From positions 7,008,001 to 7,072,000 of the forward strand of contig CM052832.1 in the NCBI GenBank assembly GCA_028534125.1: a stretch of DNA of 64,000 bases. The letters are read 5' to 3'. Below are positions 11,590 to 24,357 of the stretch, in pieces (the stretch's first letter is position 1; each line of letters starts with the position of its first letter). The DNA comes from Lama glama. Taxonomy: Eukaryota. Under the pieces are notes generated by a model. The model was not told the origin of the DNA, searched no databases, and saw nothing but the letters and a program-made list of their open reading frames with translations. The translations under genes were made by a program, and so were the position numbers.

Positions 11590-12070
11590 GTTACTTTCCT
11601 TCCAAGGTCTTTGCTGTTTGCATATTCGGTAAGCAGACCTTCCACGTGTTCCTCTAAGTTATTTTCTTAAAATGTTGTGCTGGAGGGGTAGCATGCCCCT
11701 GACAAACCGTCTGCAGGTTGACATCACTGTGATTGGCTCCATCCTTTTGAGGGGGGTATGTTTTCAAACCAGCCAATGCATTGTCCTGTTTACCCTTTTC
11801 TATCCTGTTCATCAACCCATGGTTGCAAGTTGCCTCGTGGAATCCAGATATGCTTCTGTTGCATTTTCTGGATGAGACAGACGACCCTCTCAGCCACGGG
11901 GAGGCTACTGTGCTCACATGAAGAGCTCTCAGGGAATCCGAGCTGGTTCCTGGCGATGACAATGCCTTTATTTCGCGCTTGCAAACCGCAAACCAAGTTC
12001 TCAAGAGGTTGATCTAGAATCTGACCCAAGACCCCCATCGTGTTGAATGTTCCACAGTTAGTACAACCAA
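11590..12070 (-). mobile_element. CR1/L3 LINE reverse-transcriptase fossil
   Basis: Minus ORF 11790-12038 (GQILDQPLENLVC...VIARNQLGFPESSSC...ERV) aligns by eye to CR1 ORF2 (GKILEQIIKQMVCEHL...VITRSQHGFTKNKSCQTNL...DRV). Downstream EGLLTEYANSKDLG corresponds to EGMLIKFADDTKLG. Confidence 0.75.
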
Positions 12071-12909
12071 TCCTTTTACACTTTATAAAAATAGGACCAA
12101 TAATTTGCCAAATTCATTTATTATTCATTTCACAAAGAGAATTTTAAATAGGCTTATAATTTGATCTCCATGACCATTTTATAGGCAAAGTAGCATATCT
12201 CTACTTTATAAATAAACCATCACACAAGGAGATTAAGTTCCAGAACAAGAGTTGAAACCTGTTTGCCGTCCCTAATCCGGACCCTACTGCCATCATGCTC
12301 TGCCTTCTGTTCCCTGGATTCGCAGCCTCAGACCTGGCTTCTAAGACATCTCTAATGGGATCTCACCCTTTCAGGTCAAATTTCCACTCTTCCTCCATTT
12401 GAAGCTCCAGTCAAACTGGATCAGTCCCTGAGCCTAAACACAGTGCTGCCCCTGTGTTCATGCCATTCCCTGGTCCTCATCACACAGCCACTTTCCAGTT
12501 AAAACGTTTCAGCTTCCATAATCCTTCGCACATGAACTCGTGGAGACACTCACTCAGAGCTGTTGCAATGGCCGCTCCATCATTTGACAGTGAATAGAAA
12601 GAGCACCTGGCTGGGAGGGCCTCGGGTTTTGCAGACTTTAAAGCCAGCAAGCTGAAGACTCCCGCTGGGGAAAACACTTAGAGGGCCCCCAGGGGCTGGG
12701 GCAGACCATCCAGGAAAACCGGGCTGAGCAGACACGAGGCAGATCCTTCACCACCCTTAGTGCATCAGATAGAGAAGAAAACATCGAGTTCATACAGTCC
12801 TGGGCAGAAAGACAGTCCTCTCCTGCCCGAATCAAGTGGGAACTGCACTTAGGGTTAATACGGTATTCACCTCAATCTGCGAGAAGCTGGAGTTTTTGTC
12901 CAACCCACA

Positions 12910-13440
12910 TTTCATCCCATTCTTCCTTCAATAAGAAAATATTAACCACTACCGTTGAAAAATACTAAAGAGGATGAAAAGATGGATAAGAAATGGTCTC
13001 CAGGCTCGAGTTTATAATCTGATGTGAAAGATAACCTCAAAGATCACAAACAAGCAGTAGTACGTAAAGGTCTCATTGAGCATACAAAACCAAAACTGTC
13101 TCCAAGTTCAGCAGGAGAGATCTCCCTGCTGGTATCAGAGACAAGCTGATGTATGGGGAGGATTTTAGGAGTAAAGACAAACGTGAGAAAGCCGAAGTTG
13201 CAAGATGAGTTCAGACAGTGGCAGGTGGATCTAGGCTACAGCACACATTGCGTGCAGATCATGGGAACCAGTCAAGGTAAGGCTGAAGTCAACTGTGAGC
13301 ACCAGACTAATGCACTGGGACTCTTTGTATTCTTCTGGGTGGGTGATGGAGAGCCCTTGAAGGTTTGTGAGCAGGGGAGTGACATGATGAACACCATGTT
13401 TAGGAAGTTTGATCTGGTCCCTCTGTGTGAAAGGGAAGAG
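12910..13440 (-). mobile_element. L2 fragment
   Basis: ggtgatggagagcccttgaaggtttgtgagcaggggagtgacatgatg is a characteristic antisense L2 segment. Confidence 0.75.
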
Positions 13441-13710
13441 TTGCACACACCACGTGGTCTAACTTCATCATGGTTGGGAATCCTGAATATTCTTACTTGT
13501 CTCATTCACCTACACTTCTCACAAATTATAAGGAAGTCTGGGGTGGAGTCCCAACCTCCTTTTTTCTTGTTGTTTATTTTTTAAAGAACAATATATCTAT
13601 ACTAGTTCTAGTTATGAAAAATAATGGCTCTGGTCAGGTCACACAAGTTCTTAAAAACTGGAAGAAACTTCAAGCTGTGGACTAGATCTGGTGTGGTACA
13701 AAGTCCATGG

Positions 13711-13840
13711 TCATCATCATCACCATCATCATCATCACCATCATTATCATCACCACCATCATCACCATTACCACCATCATCATCACCATCATCATTATCA
13801 TCACCATCATCATCATCATAATTATCCTCATCACCACTAA
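13711..13840 (+). repeat. Imperfect (CAT/CAC)n trinucleotide repeat
   Basis: tcatcatcatcaccatcatcatcatcacca... over about 130 bp. Confidence 0.95.
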
Positions 13841-16800
13841 CAACTACTGAGTGCTCACTCTCTCCCCTAAGTCTTTGCAATGGACTCATTTATTCTTTAT
13901 CATATTATAAGCTAGAGAAAAGTGACTGACCTTTACCCTTGATGAACACAATATTTGATTCTGCATTCTTTGGTGTATGCATACTTCAGGCTCAGAATGG
14001 AATTTTCACCCTATATCCTGGGAACCAGCTCAGGGATCAAGCTGGTTATAATCTGAAATTCCTGTTGGGTTCAGTCTTTGGTCCCAATCAATATTCAGAT
14101 CTGGATTTCTTTCTGTTATTCTTCAAGTATTTCTTGAGCATCTGCTATGTGCCCACTTTGGTGAACGAGGCAGACGTGTTTCCTGCAATCATCAATGAGT
14201 TTTGCTTGGATACTTGAATGTAGAAGCCTTCACCCCATCCCACCCCTCAACTCATAATAACAGAGAAACCTGGGTATAAGACTTGGCTCAGATGCTAATT
14301 ATTCTGGGACCTTGGCCAAGTACCTAAAGCTCCCGAGCCTCAGTTTCTGTGTGGCTAGAAAGACAGAATTCACCTGGAGACTCTCTTCATCAGAGCCTGA
14401 TTTCCAGAGTTTAAAAAGTGAAGTTATGCTGCAATCCGATGCTTTCTCATCTCTTCGTCTCAGCCTTTCTGCTCTCCAGAGCTCAACAGTTTAGGTGTCA
14501 GTGGACTGAACTTACCGCATGGCAAGCCCTTCCCCACCAAGGTTAACTGTAGTCATTCTCATTGAGGTCCCCCACATCCCAAGGGCCTGAGAGGTCGAGC
14601 CTGGCTGTTTGCTCAGTGTCACTCTGAATCTAAGCTTGTTCCATTTTAACTTGACATTGTGTCTTTGTTTACTTTACCTAATACACAAACAATTCACCTC
14701 GTAAAAAGCTCATTTTGGAGATGGGGTGGGATTTGGAAAAGGGCAATGCTGGACATTTTTCCTAACCTCCTCCATTAGCTGAAGTATTTGCTGACAGGTG
14801 ATGTCATTCCCTGAGACAGAGGCTAGACATCCAGGGATGAAAAAAGTTGCTGTTCTCCCGTTGGAAGAGACCACACCAGTGGAGTTATGCTGGGTTCTTC
14901 AGAGAAGGAACTCCAGGAACTCAGTACCATGCTCACTATATAGACCCCCACAAGGTCTCTTTGAATGTCAGACTGTGTTGACCTAGAGCATGCTATTAAA
15001 TTGGAAACAGGATTAAGTAAGGCCACTGCAAATCACAAAGCACTTGAGCTGTCGTTTATTTTCATCCTCCTCTCCTTCCACATGAGCCTGCAATTTCCTT
15101 TGTTCAATGACATTTGGCATCTGCCAACCCAAAGCCATTTTGATTTTTCCTCTTCATCTGTGGTTTCAGCCATGCATCAGAAGCCTATATTTTTCCTTCT
15201 TTTCCCCACATAAAAAAATTCATTAAAGAACAAGAAGTCGATGGAAAGACTGGTACTTTTTCACCAGGAGGCAAGAGAAAAATATATGAAGTATTCAAAA
15301 AAGTTATTTAACACCTTGGGCCACATCTTTTGTTTTCTGAGTCTTGGTCTCCTCCTTCAGAAAACTGGGATTATAGCTGCTTCCAGAAAGCTGGGGAGAC
15401 TTCAGGGAGACACTGCTAATTCAACAATTAGCAAATGCCTACTCTGTTCAACCCAGGGATAACTTTTAACTCCCTCAAAAAATATGAGAATGCAGATCCA
15501 GATACCAATCCTATTAAAATAGATGCAAGAATTTAGGAAATTACTTGATTTGTGTAGCCCTTTTTTCCTTTGTCTTTTCCCCACCTCACCCAGCCCAAAC
15601 TTCAATGTGGAGAAAACCCTTTTCCTTCAATGGCCACAACTCAGCTTCCTTCTCTAAAAATCTTTCCTTCAACCCAGGAAATCAGACTGGGGAACGGTGT
15701 CTGGAGAGAAGACACATCTGAGAAAGAATGGATGCCTTTTGGTCAATTAGGTTCCTGGTAAAAACTAGAAGGGCAAATCCATTCGATCCCACACACATTT
15801 AGTAAGTGCTTATTAGACACACTTGCTATGCCGTGTGGTAGCTTGGAAAGAAGTGGGTTCTAGTTTGAGTTCTACCCCCAGCTGGTTGGTGACACTGGCC
15901 AACTCCATTCTCTCTCTGGTTCCTCCTTTAAAACGGTGGCTGGAATAGACGGTACTAATGACCCTCTGAGCACTGACATTTTATGATGCTGATGAGCACA
16001 GGGAAAGGAACTGAAAACTAGCTTCTGCAAAAATGGAACAGCTTTGCCATTTCTGTTCTTTGTTTGACCACAATTACTTAAATTATTTAGAACATATTTC
16101 CATGCTGAGGTCTCATTACAGAATTTTCTAAATTTTCTTTTGTTGTTGTTGTTGTTGCTGTTTGAATTCAACTTGTTTTGTTCATTTCCTCAGATGGAAA
16201 CTTTTAATACTGAGTGCATTTTTATGAATATCTTTAAAAGAGAGATTTAGATTCAGTCCCTCTGCCTCACGATGGAGTTCCCTGAAATTTACAGGGACAA
16301 AAAAATATCTAGTCACTTCAAATCTAGGTCAAACCAAATTTTAATATCCAAAGAATTTAATCAGAAAGCTGGAGTCTGCATTACTGTTTTAAGATACCAG
16401 ATTTGGCAAGAGTTCTGTTTTGTTATGAAGGACTCTACCCATCTCAAGGCTAATGCAGTACATATTAGCATTCAAGACCTCAGGAAATCTCATTTTGTTT
16501 TAAATTTAACTCTATATATCCTAACATTTGTTAGATAAAGGAATCTCTGCATCAAATATCCTCTCATAGGTCATGTCAGATTTATGTCTCTAGCTGAGAG
16601 TGTTTCAAGAGTTATCAATGGATTCAACACATTCCAATAGTAAACATGATACTATCTGATTAATTCAGACCTCATTAATTTAGAATTTATGTACCTTGAT
16701 GGTACATAGGCAAACCTAAGCAAATTAGTAGTGTAAGTGACGTTTAAGAAGTTTTTAATGTTCTTAAGGAGACATGGCTTTGAGTGCATTGAAAAAAATC

Positions 16801-17571
16801 TGCATTTAAAAAAAGGTGCTAAAAAAGTTTAAAAAATTTAAAAAAGCACTAAATACAAATGATCCTAAGTTAATCTCCAGCACTGATACGGTAGCCCCTC
16901 TTGGCACAATATATTTTTAGCCATTATTTGTGACAGTTTATAATAGATATCACTTTTTATATATCCCGAAATTCTAGCATTTTCCTTTTTGGGTGTACGG
17001 ATGCCACAATGGAGTAGAAATTAATAATATTGCTGTTGTAGAATCTACCATGTTGGAAAATATGATGCGTTTGATCACAGTGTGAAATTTGCTTTCTGTG
17101 ACTCACCCCAGAGTCATGATGAAAGCACTTGTGGTGGCAAGAATATTTGGGTCAAGTTGGGATAAACACACAAAGAAAGCATGTCATCAAAGAACTGATC
17201 CAATCATCTCATTATGCGGAACGTAAGGCTCAGAGAGGCAAACTGATTTGTTTTCTCAGTTTAGCAAGAAATGGAACAAGACGTCGGAAGCCTGGTTCTT
17301 GCCTCTGGGTTCAGGTTTTTTCACTACCCAGGTCTTTATTTGGTGAAAAGGGCTCATCTCGCTCTTCCATAAATGCTCTTATGCTGCCCCAGCGCCTTAA
17401 TGTCAAGCAGCCGCAAAATCACTTGTTGAAGATACACTGAGAGCCTGCCTACAAAATTGACTAATTTCCCCCCAAAACCATGTACTTAGAATTTGTTTTT
17501 GTTCCAAGGCATCTGACTCAGTGGTAACCCCATACACAGAGTTTGAGTGGGGGTGAGGAGGGCAGAGGAAA

Positions 17572-17628
<57 letters not shown>
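17572..17628 (+). repeat. Compound (TG)n(TA)n microsatellite
   Basis: tgtgtgtgtgtgtg followed by a long perfect TA run. Confidence 0.97.
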
Positions 17629-17631
<3 letters not shown>

Positions 17632-20600
17632 AACATATCCTGCCACACTATTCAACCTGACCTTTCCACCCATTTCCACCTCCCGCCTCCTGGTACACCA
17701 AAGGTAAGTGGGTATTTTAAGGAGAATGTACTGGGCGATCACCAAAGCAACCTGAATTCAAGTTGAGCCGAGAGCCACAGGCCACAGTAACCTGATTCTT
17801 GAAATGTTCACCACTGATCTTGGCAGCCGGTTTCTTTCTGGTTTGTGATTTTCAATAAGATCCCAAACAACCAAGAGGGAAGGGAAAAAAAAAAAAAAAA
17901 AAAGAACGTGCAAAGGGAGAAAGGTCCCTAACCTTCCCAAACCAGCCATTTATCACAGTCATTCACACAACGACCTCAAGGGAGGTCACTGCTACTTACG
18001 GACTGGCCACGGTGCTGTGGTAAGCGCCAGAGGGCATTTTTGGCCTGACAAACCAATTAGCCAATGATCATATCCACTTCCTTGCTCCTTCCTGAGTTTC
18101 TTAAACATGTGTTTCTTGGAATGCACCTCTATTGCCACATAGACCCAAGCGACAAATCACCAACCCCAAAGAGCCCACGCTCCACACCAAACCACCAGCC
18201 CGTGTTGTAACTGCCAGAGGGCAGGGGGGGAATGATAAGCCAGATGACCAAATTTGGTAAAAAAAAAAAAAAAAAGTTTGTATTGGCTAAGTCATATATT
18301 CCAAACTGCAGCAATGGTACTTACTTATTTTCAAACTGTTCTGAGATCTGTTACACTTCAGAGGAAGCTTGGTGAGAGGGTGGATGGCAGGCTGGCCAGT
18401 TCCCAGGGAAGCGATCGCTTGCTGATGCTTCTGCAGTCCATACGCTGGTCCTCAGCCTGGTGGGTGCAGCAGCCAGATTCAGGCTGCACGGACCCAGGGA
18501 GGAAAGATGAGTTTCTTACAGACAAGTGTTTGACAACCAAACACGCAGGGGACTGATGTATAAACCGGAGGCTACTCAGTGAAACAGCCACGAGGCTGAA
18601 GCACTTCTGGATCTGGCCAGCTCTCCTGAGCATCCCACCCCTGTCAGGAATGCTCCTCCCCAGACCCCTGGGAACCACCTTAAGAACCTGAAGGTGACTA
18701 GCCAGAGACAGCTGACTCAGCCAAGGGCAGGAAGATGGGCTTGAAGGACTTTCAACCCAGACAAAATGTCCCTCTTCCCTGAGCAGGCCTGGATGGCCTC
18801 TGCATGTTTCTGTCTTTCTACAATTCCAAGCTGCCTTGTGTTTCATTCTTTCCCCACCATTCCTACACCAGGGGGGTTTGCAATAACCTAATCACACGTG
18901 GGAGTGACAGTGAACCACAGTAACCTAGATCAAGAAACTTACGTGTCCCCAACTCAACTGCCCTTTACCCGGATCCCCCAAATGCCCACGGTCACTCCAG
19001 TGTCACCTGATGGGAACGGAGGTTGGAGGGAAGGTGGGGGAGAAAAGATGGCCATCTTAACCGATTGTCTTAAAATAGCTTAATTTGGCCAATTTTACAA
19101 AGATGTCTGAGCACCAGGGCCTCTCCCAGGCGAGTGGGGGAGGGAGGTCCTAAAATTTAAGCCTCATCAGCTTCATAGTAAATCCAGGCTTTAAATCTGG
19201 ACATGCCAGACCTGCTGATAAAGCTCAGTACCACCCCCACCCCTGAAGGTTGGCTCACCTGACGTCTGGGCTGAGACACTGGTCTGGGTCTGTAGCTAGT
19301 GGATGGGGGTGGAGGTGGTCCTGGATAATCCTTAAAATGAATCCATATGTGGCTGGATTTGTCTGATGAGTGGGGAGGGGCGTGAGGAACCACGACCAGC
19401 AGACATCTATATTCATGGATTGATTAGCATTGTGAGGGAGGAGATGGGAGCAGCCTGGCGTGGAATGTGGGAAGCGGGGGGTTGGCAGGGAGGAGGAGAG
19501 TCTGGACACACACTCACACACACACACCTGCCGGGCCCAACCTGGTCCAGCCCCAGGTGGCTGGGCAAGTGACACAGAGTGGAGTAGCCGCCCTTCCACA
19601 TCTGAACAGAGCACAGCATGGCTCTGACCTGCAGGACCAGCCACTCTCAGAGGAGATGGTCCTGAACATATTCCCACCAGTGGGTGCAGACATCGGGGGA
19701 GAAGCAGCTCAGGAGGCCGGGCACAGAGGGGACGTCATCGGGAGGCCTGGGGTGGGAGAGGAGGGAGTGGGAGGATGCCACCAGCTGACCACCGTGGCAC
19801 ACGTAACCCCCCCCACCGCCCGATCCCCCAAGGGACTGGGTGGGGCTCTGCAGAGCCCTGCGCCCTTGTGAGCAGCTGGGGGCAAGACCCAGTGTAGTTG
19901 CCCCCAAGGCTTGGGGAGATGGGGGTTCCATTTCACATCCATTAGCATCTCAGCCTGAAGGATAAGAGCCCCATTTAGGCAAGATGAAGGTTGAAGAAAG
20001 GTACGGTGACCCCAGACCCATCAGTCAGGGGTGAGAGGGTCAGGTGAGCATGAGATTCTACTTACAAATTTATTTCTTCATTCATTTAATACTTGTTGAG
20101 GGTCTACTCTATGCCAGGTGCTGATGTGGGTTAAACTAGAGAGTTCTAGCTGATTGCTGCTGAGGCAACTGGCCATCTCTGACTTAAGGCATTGCTCCAT
20201 CCCGTGAGAGCTGCTGTGCCGACCAGGGGGAAGACAACACCACCTGAAGGTCAAGGTTATGGCCTCTGGAGCCAGGCTGACCTGGCCTCAAACTCATAGC
20301 CACCCTTTCCTGGTAAACCTGTAACAAACATGAAAGTTCCCAGCAGCAACCAGGAAAATTCCACAAATGCCTAGAACACAAGAAGATGGGATTATATTGA
20401 TGGGTAAAGTTGAGTGGGGAAATCTACATCCCCAAAACTCATGCAGGAAGAGAACTGGCCTGGCACTGGGAGCACCCTTCCCAGCAAAGCCCTGGAGAGA
20501 TCCCCAATCAGAGCCTCAGCTACAGAAAAGAGGGGAGGGCCGTGGGGTCATTAATTAAAGGTCTTTCCGAGTTCTGCTGCCCCAAATCTCCACAGAGAGC

Positions 20601-21439
20601 AACTGGCTGCAATTTGCCAACATTAAAAAAAAAAAATCTCCCTGATGTTGGCTTCTGGAACATTCTCCCCTGAAGGCCCTCTGTGACGCGATCTGGATTT
20701 GGTCACACTGCTCGCTTCTGCAGCATGTAATATTTTCACAACCATGATATTTTACACTCTATGTATTGCTTTTCAGTTTTGCAAGTCAGCCTACAGATAA
20801 AACTTGGAAGACCTAGAATGTGAATATTTTACACCTTTAGAAGGTAAAGTAAATCCTACAGCTCAGAAAAGGGAGGAGGGGAGGAGGTAGGGAGACCAGG
20901 TGTGCTCTTGTTCACATGTAGTCCTCCCAGGTCAGAGGCAAGAGCCTTCCCTGTGCTGGGACGGTTCTGGGGGTCCAGGAGCCAAAGGGACAGACTTCTC
21001 ACCCCTGTGGCACCTCTATCCCGGCAGCCACCACCGAGAAGTCGGTGGATCATGAAATGAGGTGTAAATATATTGGTTAAAACTGCGACATTAACCACAG
21101 GAGTCATTAAAGGTAACATTATTGTGTACACACATCCACGGAAGAGGGGGGATGGTGTAAATGTGCAAACATCCCTGCCACTGCAGGGGGAGAATGGATG
21201 CAGTTTAAATGGGACAAATTCAAGAAACAGACAGATGTAGCAGGAAGGGAATTGTCTCAGTTTGGGTTAGGAATCACCAGAACCACACTGACGTGGATAA
21301 GGAGTTACGTCCAGGGTCACGAATCCAGGGGGACTGGAGAACCAGAGACTTACCCTCCAGTAGCCTTTGATGCTTCTTATGGAGAAGATGTTTTGGTTCA
21401 TGTACATATAAACAAATAAATAAAAATAATTAAAAAAAA

Positions 21440-21580
21440 AACCCTCACAAACCCTGGGAGAAATGCAAGGTAGGTATTCTCATCCTTGTATTACAGTTGA
21501 AGAAACAGAAGTCAGCTTTCGTGATCACACACTTGTGATCAAAAGCCTGGTCTCTTGACCACTGGCTCCAAATCCCCCCA
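21440..21580 (-). mobile_element. MIR fragment
   Basis: cctcacaaaccctgggag...ggtaggtattctcatccttgtattacagttgaagaaacagaag. Confidence 0.6.
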
Positions 21581-22369
21581 CTTCCCTAAGCCTTCTCTTT
21601 CCGGAGGCAGATCAACAGGAGTTGGAATCCTTGGTTCACGGCAGCAGACTTTGGGCCGCTCACTGTTCATCTTTCAAAACAGAGAGACTTACAACCAGTT
21701 CCCCACGGGCTGCGGTGAGGGCACAGGGGCCGCGTGCGTAGCGGGCCCTCAAGAATGTCGGCTTTCTTTCTTTATACTTCTTTTTTAACCCATGTAACAT
21801 TTGGAACATTAATACCACTTGTCAGTCACGTCTTCTTATGTTATGTGGTGTATCAGTTCATGCTAATGTGCAGGCTTGGCTGTGACAAAGGGTTTGTCAT
21901 GACTTCAGGGAGATGGAGAATGTCAAGTTTAACACATTTGGCAGGAAGGTGGGATTCCATTGACCCATCCAGCCAATGCTCCAAGTGGGTGACTTTGTGG
22001 GCATGTGGTGTGAGGGGGGTGGCAGGAAGACGTTTAGTTATCCCCCCAAATACCCCTTTCTCACTCGTGACACTGAGGTGTCCCTCTCAGAGTCTCTCCT
22101 GCGGACCTTGAGAAATTCTGGATTTCTCTGATCCCCTATCCAAGTGCCAGGGTCCCCAGCCACAGCTGGAAGGGGCGGCTGTCCAGCTGAGAGAGCAGTC
22201 TCTTGGGACTAGACCATTGGGGTGGGGCCTAGGGATGAACGGAGAGAAAGAGAGAGGGAAACAGGGACACCTTGAAGGGGAGGCACTGAGGACAATCACA
22301 GCAGCCCCGCTGGTTTCTTCTTCTTATTACAAGCAGGGACAAGCTGGGTGGACAGCGTATAGGCGCTCA

Positions 22370-22575
22370 CACAATCACGCACCTGCTGCGTGCTAGGTAG
22401 GCACTGTACGGCTCACTTAATCCTTTCAACAGCCCGGGAGGCAGTCACCGTTATTGTTTCCATTTTATAGATGGAGAAACTGAGGTGCAGACAGGCTAAA
22501 TGTCACCCCCCGTTACACAGCTGAGCCAGGAGCACAGGCAGCTTGACTCCAATGCCATCTCTGTGCCATCACACC
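22370..22575 (-). mobile_element. MIR SINE
   Basis: ctcacttaatcctttcaacagcccgggaggcag...ccattttatagatggagaaactgaggtgcagacaggctaaatg. Confidence 0.85.
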
Positions 22576-23639
22576 AGAAATACAGCCCCCACCCCGTCAC
22601 ACACCCACACGCCCTGGGACGATTGTCAGGGGACTCCTGCTTTAGAGCACTGCCAGGTGCCAAGTTCTGGCTTTTAGAGCCGGAGAGAGGCTCAGAACGT
22701 ATTTGTCGTGTGTCAGAGGGCTTATCTGACATCACCATAGTAGATTTGTTCTCTGTCACTCCACTTAAATGGAAAGGTGGGACTTACCAGAGGCTCACAG
22801 GGGCTCAGCATAGGCCGTGTTATAAGGGGAAAGGGCTGCTGTGGTAGGTAATGAGCTCCCTGTTGGTGGGGGTGTTACTGCTTGGGCAGTTGCAGGTCAG
22901 GGCTGGTCTACACCCTAGGAACTAGGCTGAAACAGTTAAGAATCAAAGCTCCCCCCCCCCACCACCCCCTGCCCCGAGTCCTGGCAGTCAGTCTCAACAC
23001 ACATCTCCAGATCTGCCATCTCAAAGCAGTGTGCTCAACCAGCAGGAGATGCACGATGAATAAGACCCGCCCCAGCCTCTCAAGGGTTTACAGTGTGATT
23101 CTCAGATTTTTTAATATCATCTGCAGAGAGTTTCTGGGAGGAATTTAATAAAAACTGTAAGGGCTCATTCCCTTGGTCTCCTAAGGGTAAGTCCATTCTG
23201 ACTTGCCCAAGCACCCCTTCTGTTCTCTTGTCTGCTTCCAGAGAGACCTGGGAGGATTCAGGCTTATTTTTTAAAAAACAAAAACAAAAAGAACACATGT
23301 ATAATATGTTCTATGTCTTTGCCTCCGCAGAGGAAATGCTCTGTGTTACTGTAAATAATAATTTGCAGGTCAGTGAAGGTTGTTATATGTCCCCAGTGCT
23401 TTTTCTCACTTCCCTCCAGACTTTCGTAATTACTACTGCTCTGAGCCCAGCTGGCAGAGATGCGGATCTCTCTGTCCAGGAAATGACAGCAGGGTGGTAC
23501 CCTCTCACACTGCAAGCCTGTGTGTCTGCATTGGGTCTGCCCCGAACCCGTATCAGAGCCGTTCACATCTCTGCATGGAAATAGTCACATGGGAACTGGG
23601 CGAGTCATCTCCCCAAAGACCGAAGGCTGCGGGTCACGG

Positions 23640-23760
23640 TGTCTGGGTTCCAGAGCTGGCTCTCCCACTCTCTGTGTGACTTCAGACCAGTCACGGAAAC
23701 TCCTGGGCTCCTGGTTCTTCAACTGCAAAGCTGAGAACACAATAGTTACTCCGACTAATG
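23640..23760 (+). mobile_element. MIR fragment
   Basis: ctgggttccagagctggctctcccactctctgtgtgacttcagaccagtcac. Confidence 0.65.
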
Positions 23761-23764
23761 CATG

Positions 23765-24357
23765 TTTTTATTCAATATTTCATTCTAAATATTTATGGAT
23801 CATTGCTAAGGGTAGACACTTTCTAGCCCCTGGGGAAAGGAGGGTGCAGTCATAAACAAAACAGGCAAAACCCTCTCCCCTAATGCAGCTCCACTGGGGG
23901 AAGCAGATACATAAGTGAATAAGGCAAACATACCGAAGTTTTAATGGTGTTGAGTGCTTTGATAGAGAGTAAAGTAGGAGGAGGGCAGTGGGATGTGCTG
24001 GGCAGTGATCAAGGAGGGCGTCTCTAAGAGGCTGCTGTTGGGACTTAGACCACAAAGGAGGTAAGGAAGTGAGCTCAGGGAACATTTGAGGGAAGAGCAT
24101 CCCAGGTGGTGGGAACGGCAGGTGCAAAGGCCCTGCAGCAAATGTGAGCCTGCCGTTCAAAGACGAGGAGGCCAGAGCGGCTGGAGCAGAGGGCCTCAGA
24201 GGAGCGGTCACTCTGAGATCCCGGGGAAGCAGGACCAGACAGGGTCGAGCCTTGTCAGGCCTCTGACTTGGATTCTGAGTGAGAGGGGAATCACTGGAAG
24301 GTTTGGAGCAGAGGAGTGACATCATGTGACTTGAGTTTGAAAAGGATCTCTCCAGCT
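23765..24357 (-). mobile_element. L2a-like LINE 3' region
   Basis: gggaagagcatcccaggtggtgggaacggcaggtgcaaaggccctg and ggaaggtttggagcagaggagtgacatcatgtgacttgagtttgaaaaggatctctccagct. Confidence 0.9.

Noticed and set aside
13608..13889. Asp-rich and Ser-rich ORFs
   Set aside because: They are translations of the (CAT/CAC)n repeat.
16688..16708. Hairpin TATGTACC-N5-GGTACATA
   Set aside because: An 8-bp stem is expected by chance at this window size and is too short for a pre-miRNA.
20652..20666. Perfect three-unit heat-shock element TTCtgGAAcaTTC
   Set aside because: With only nine fixed bases, roughly 0.5 chance matches are expected in 64 kb, and there is no promoter context.
23780..24325. 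181-aa minus-strand ORF
   Set aside because: It lies entirely within an L2a remnant.
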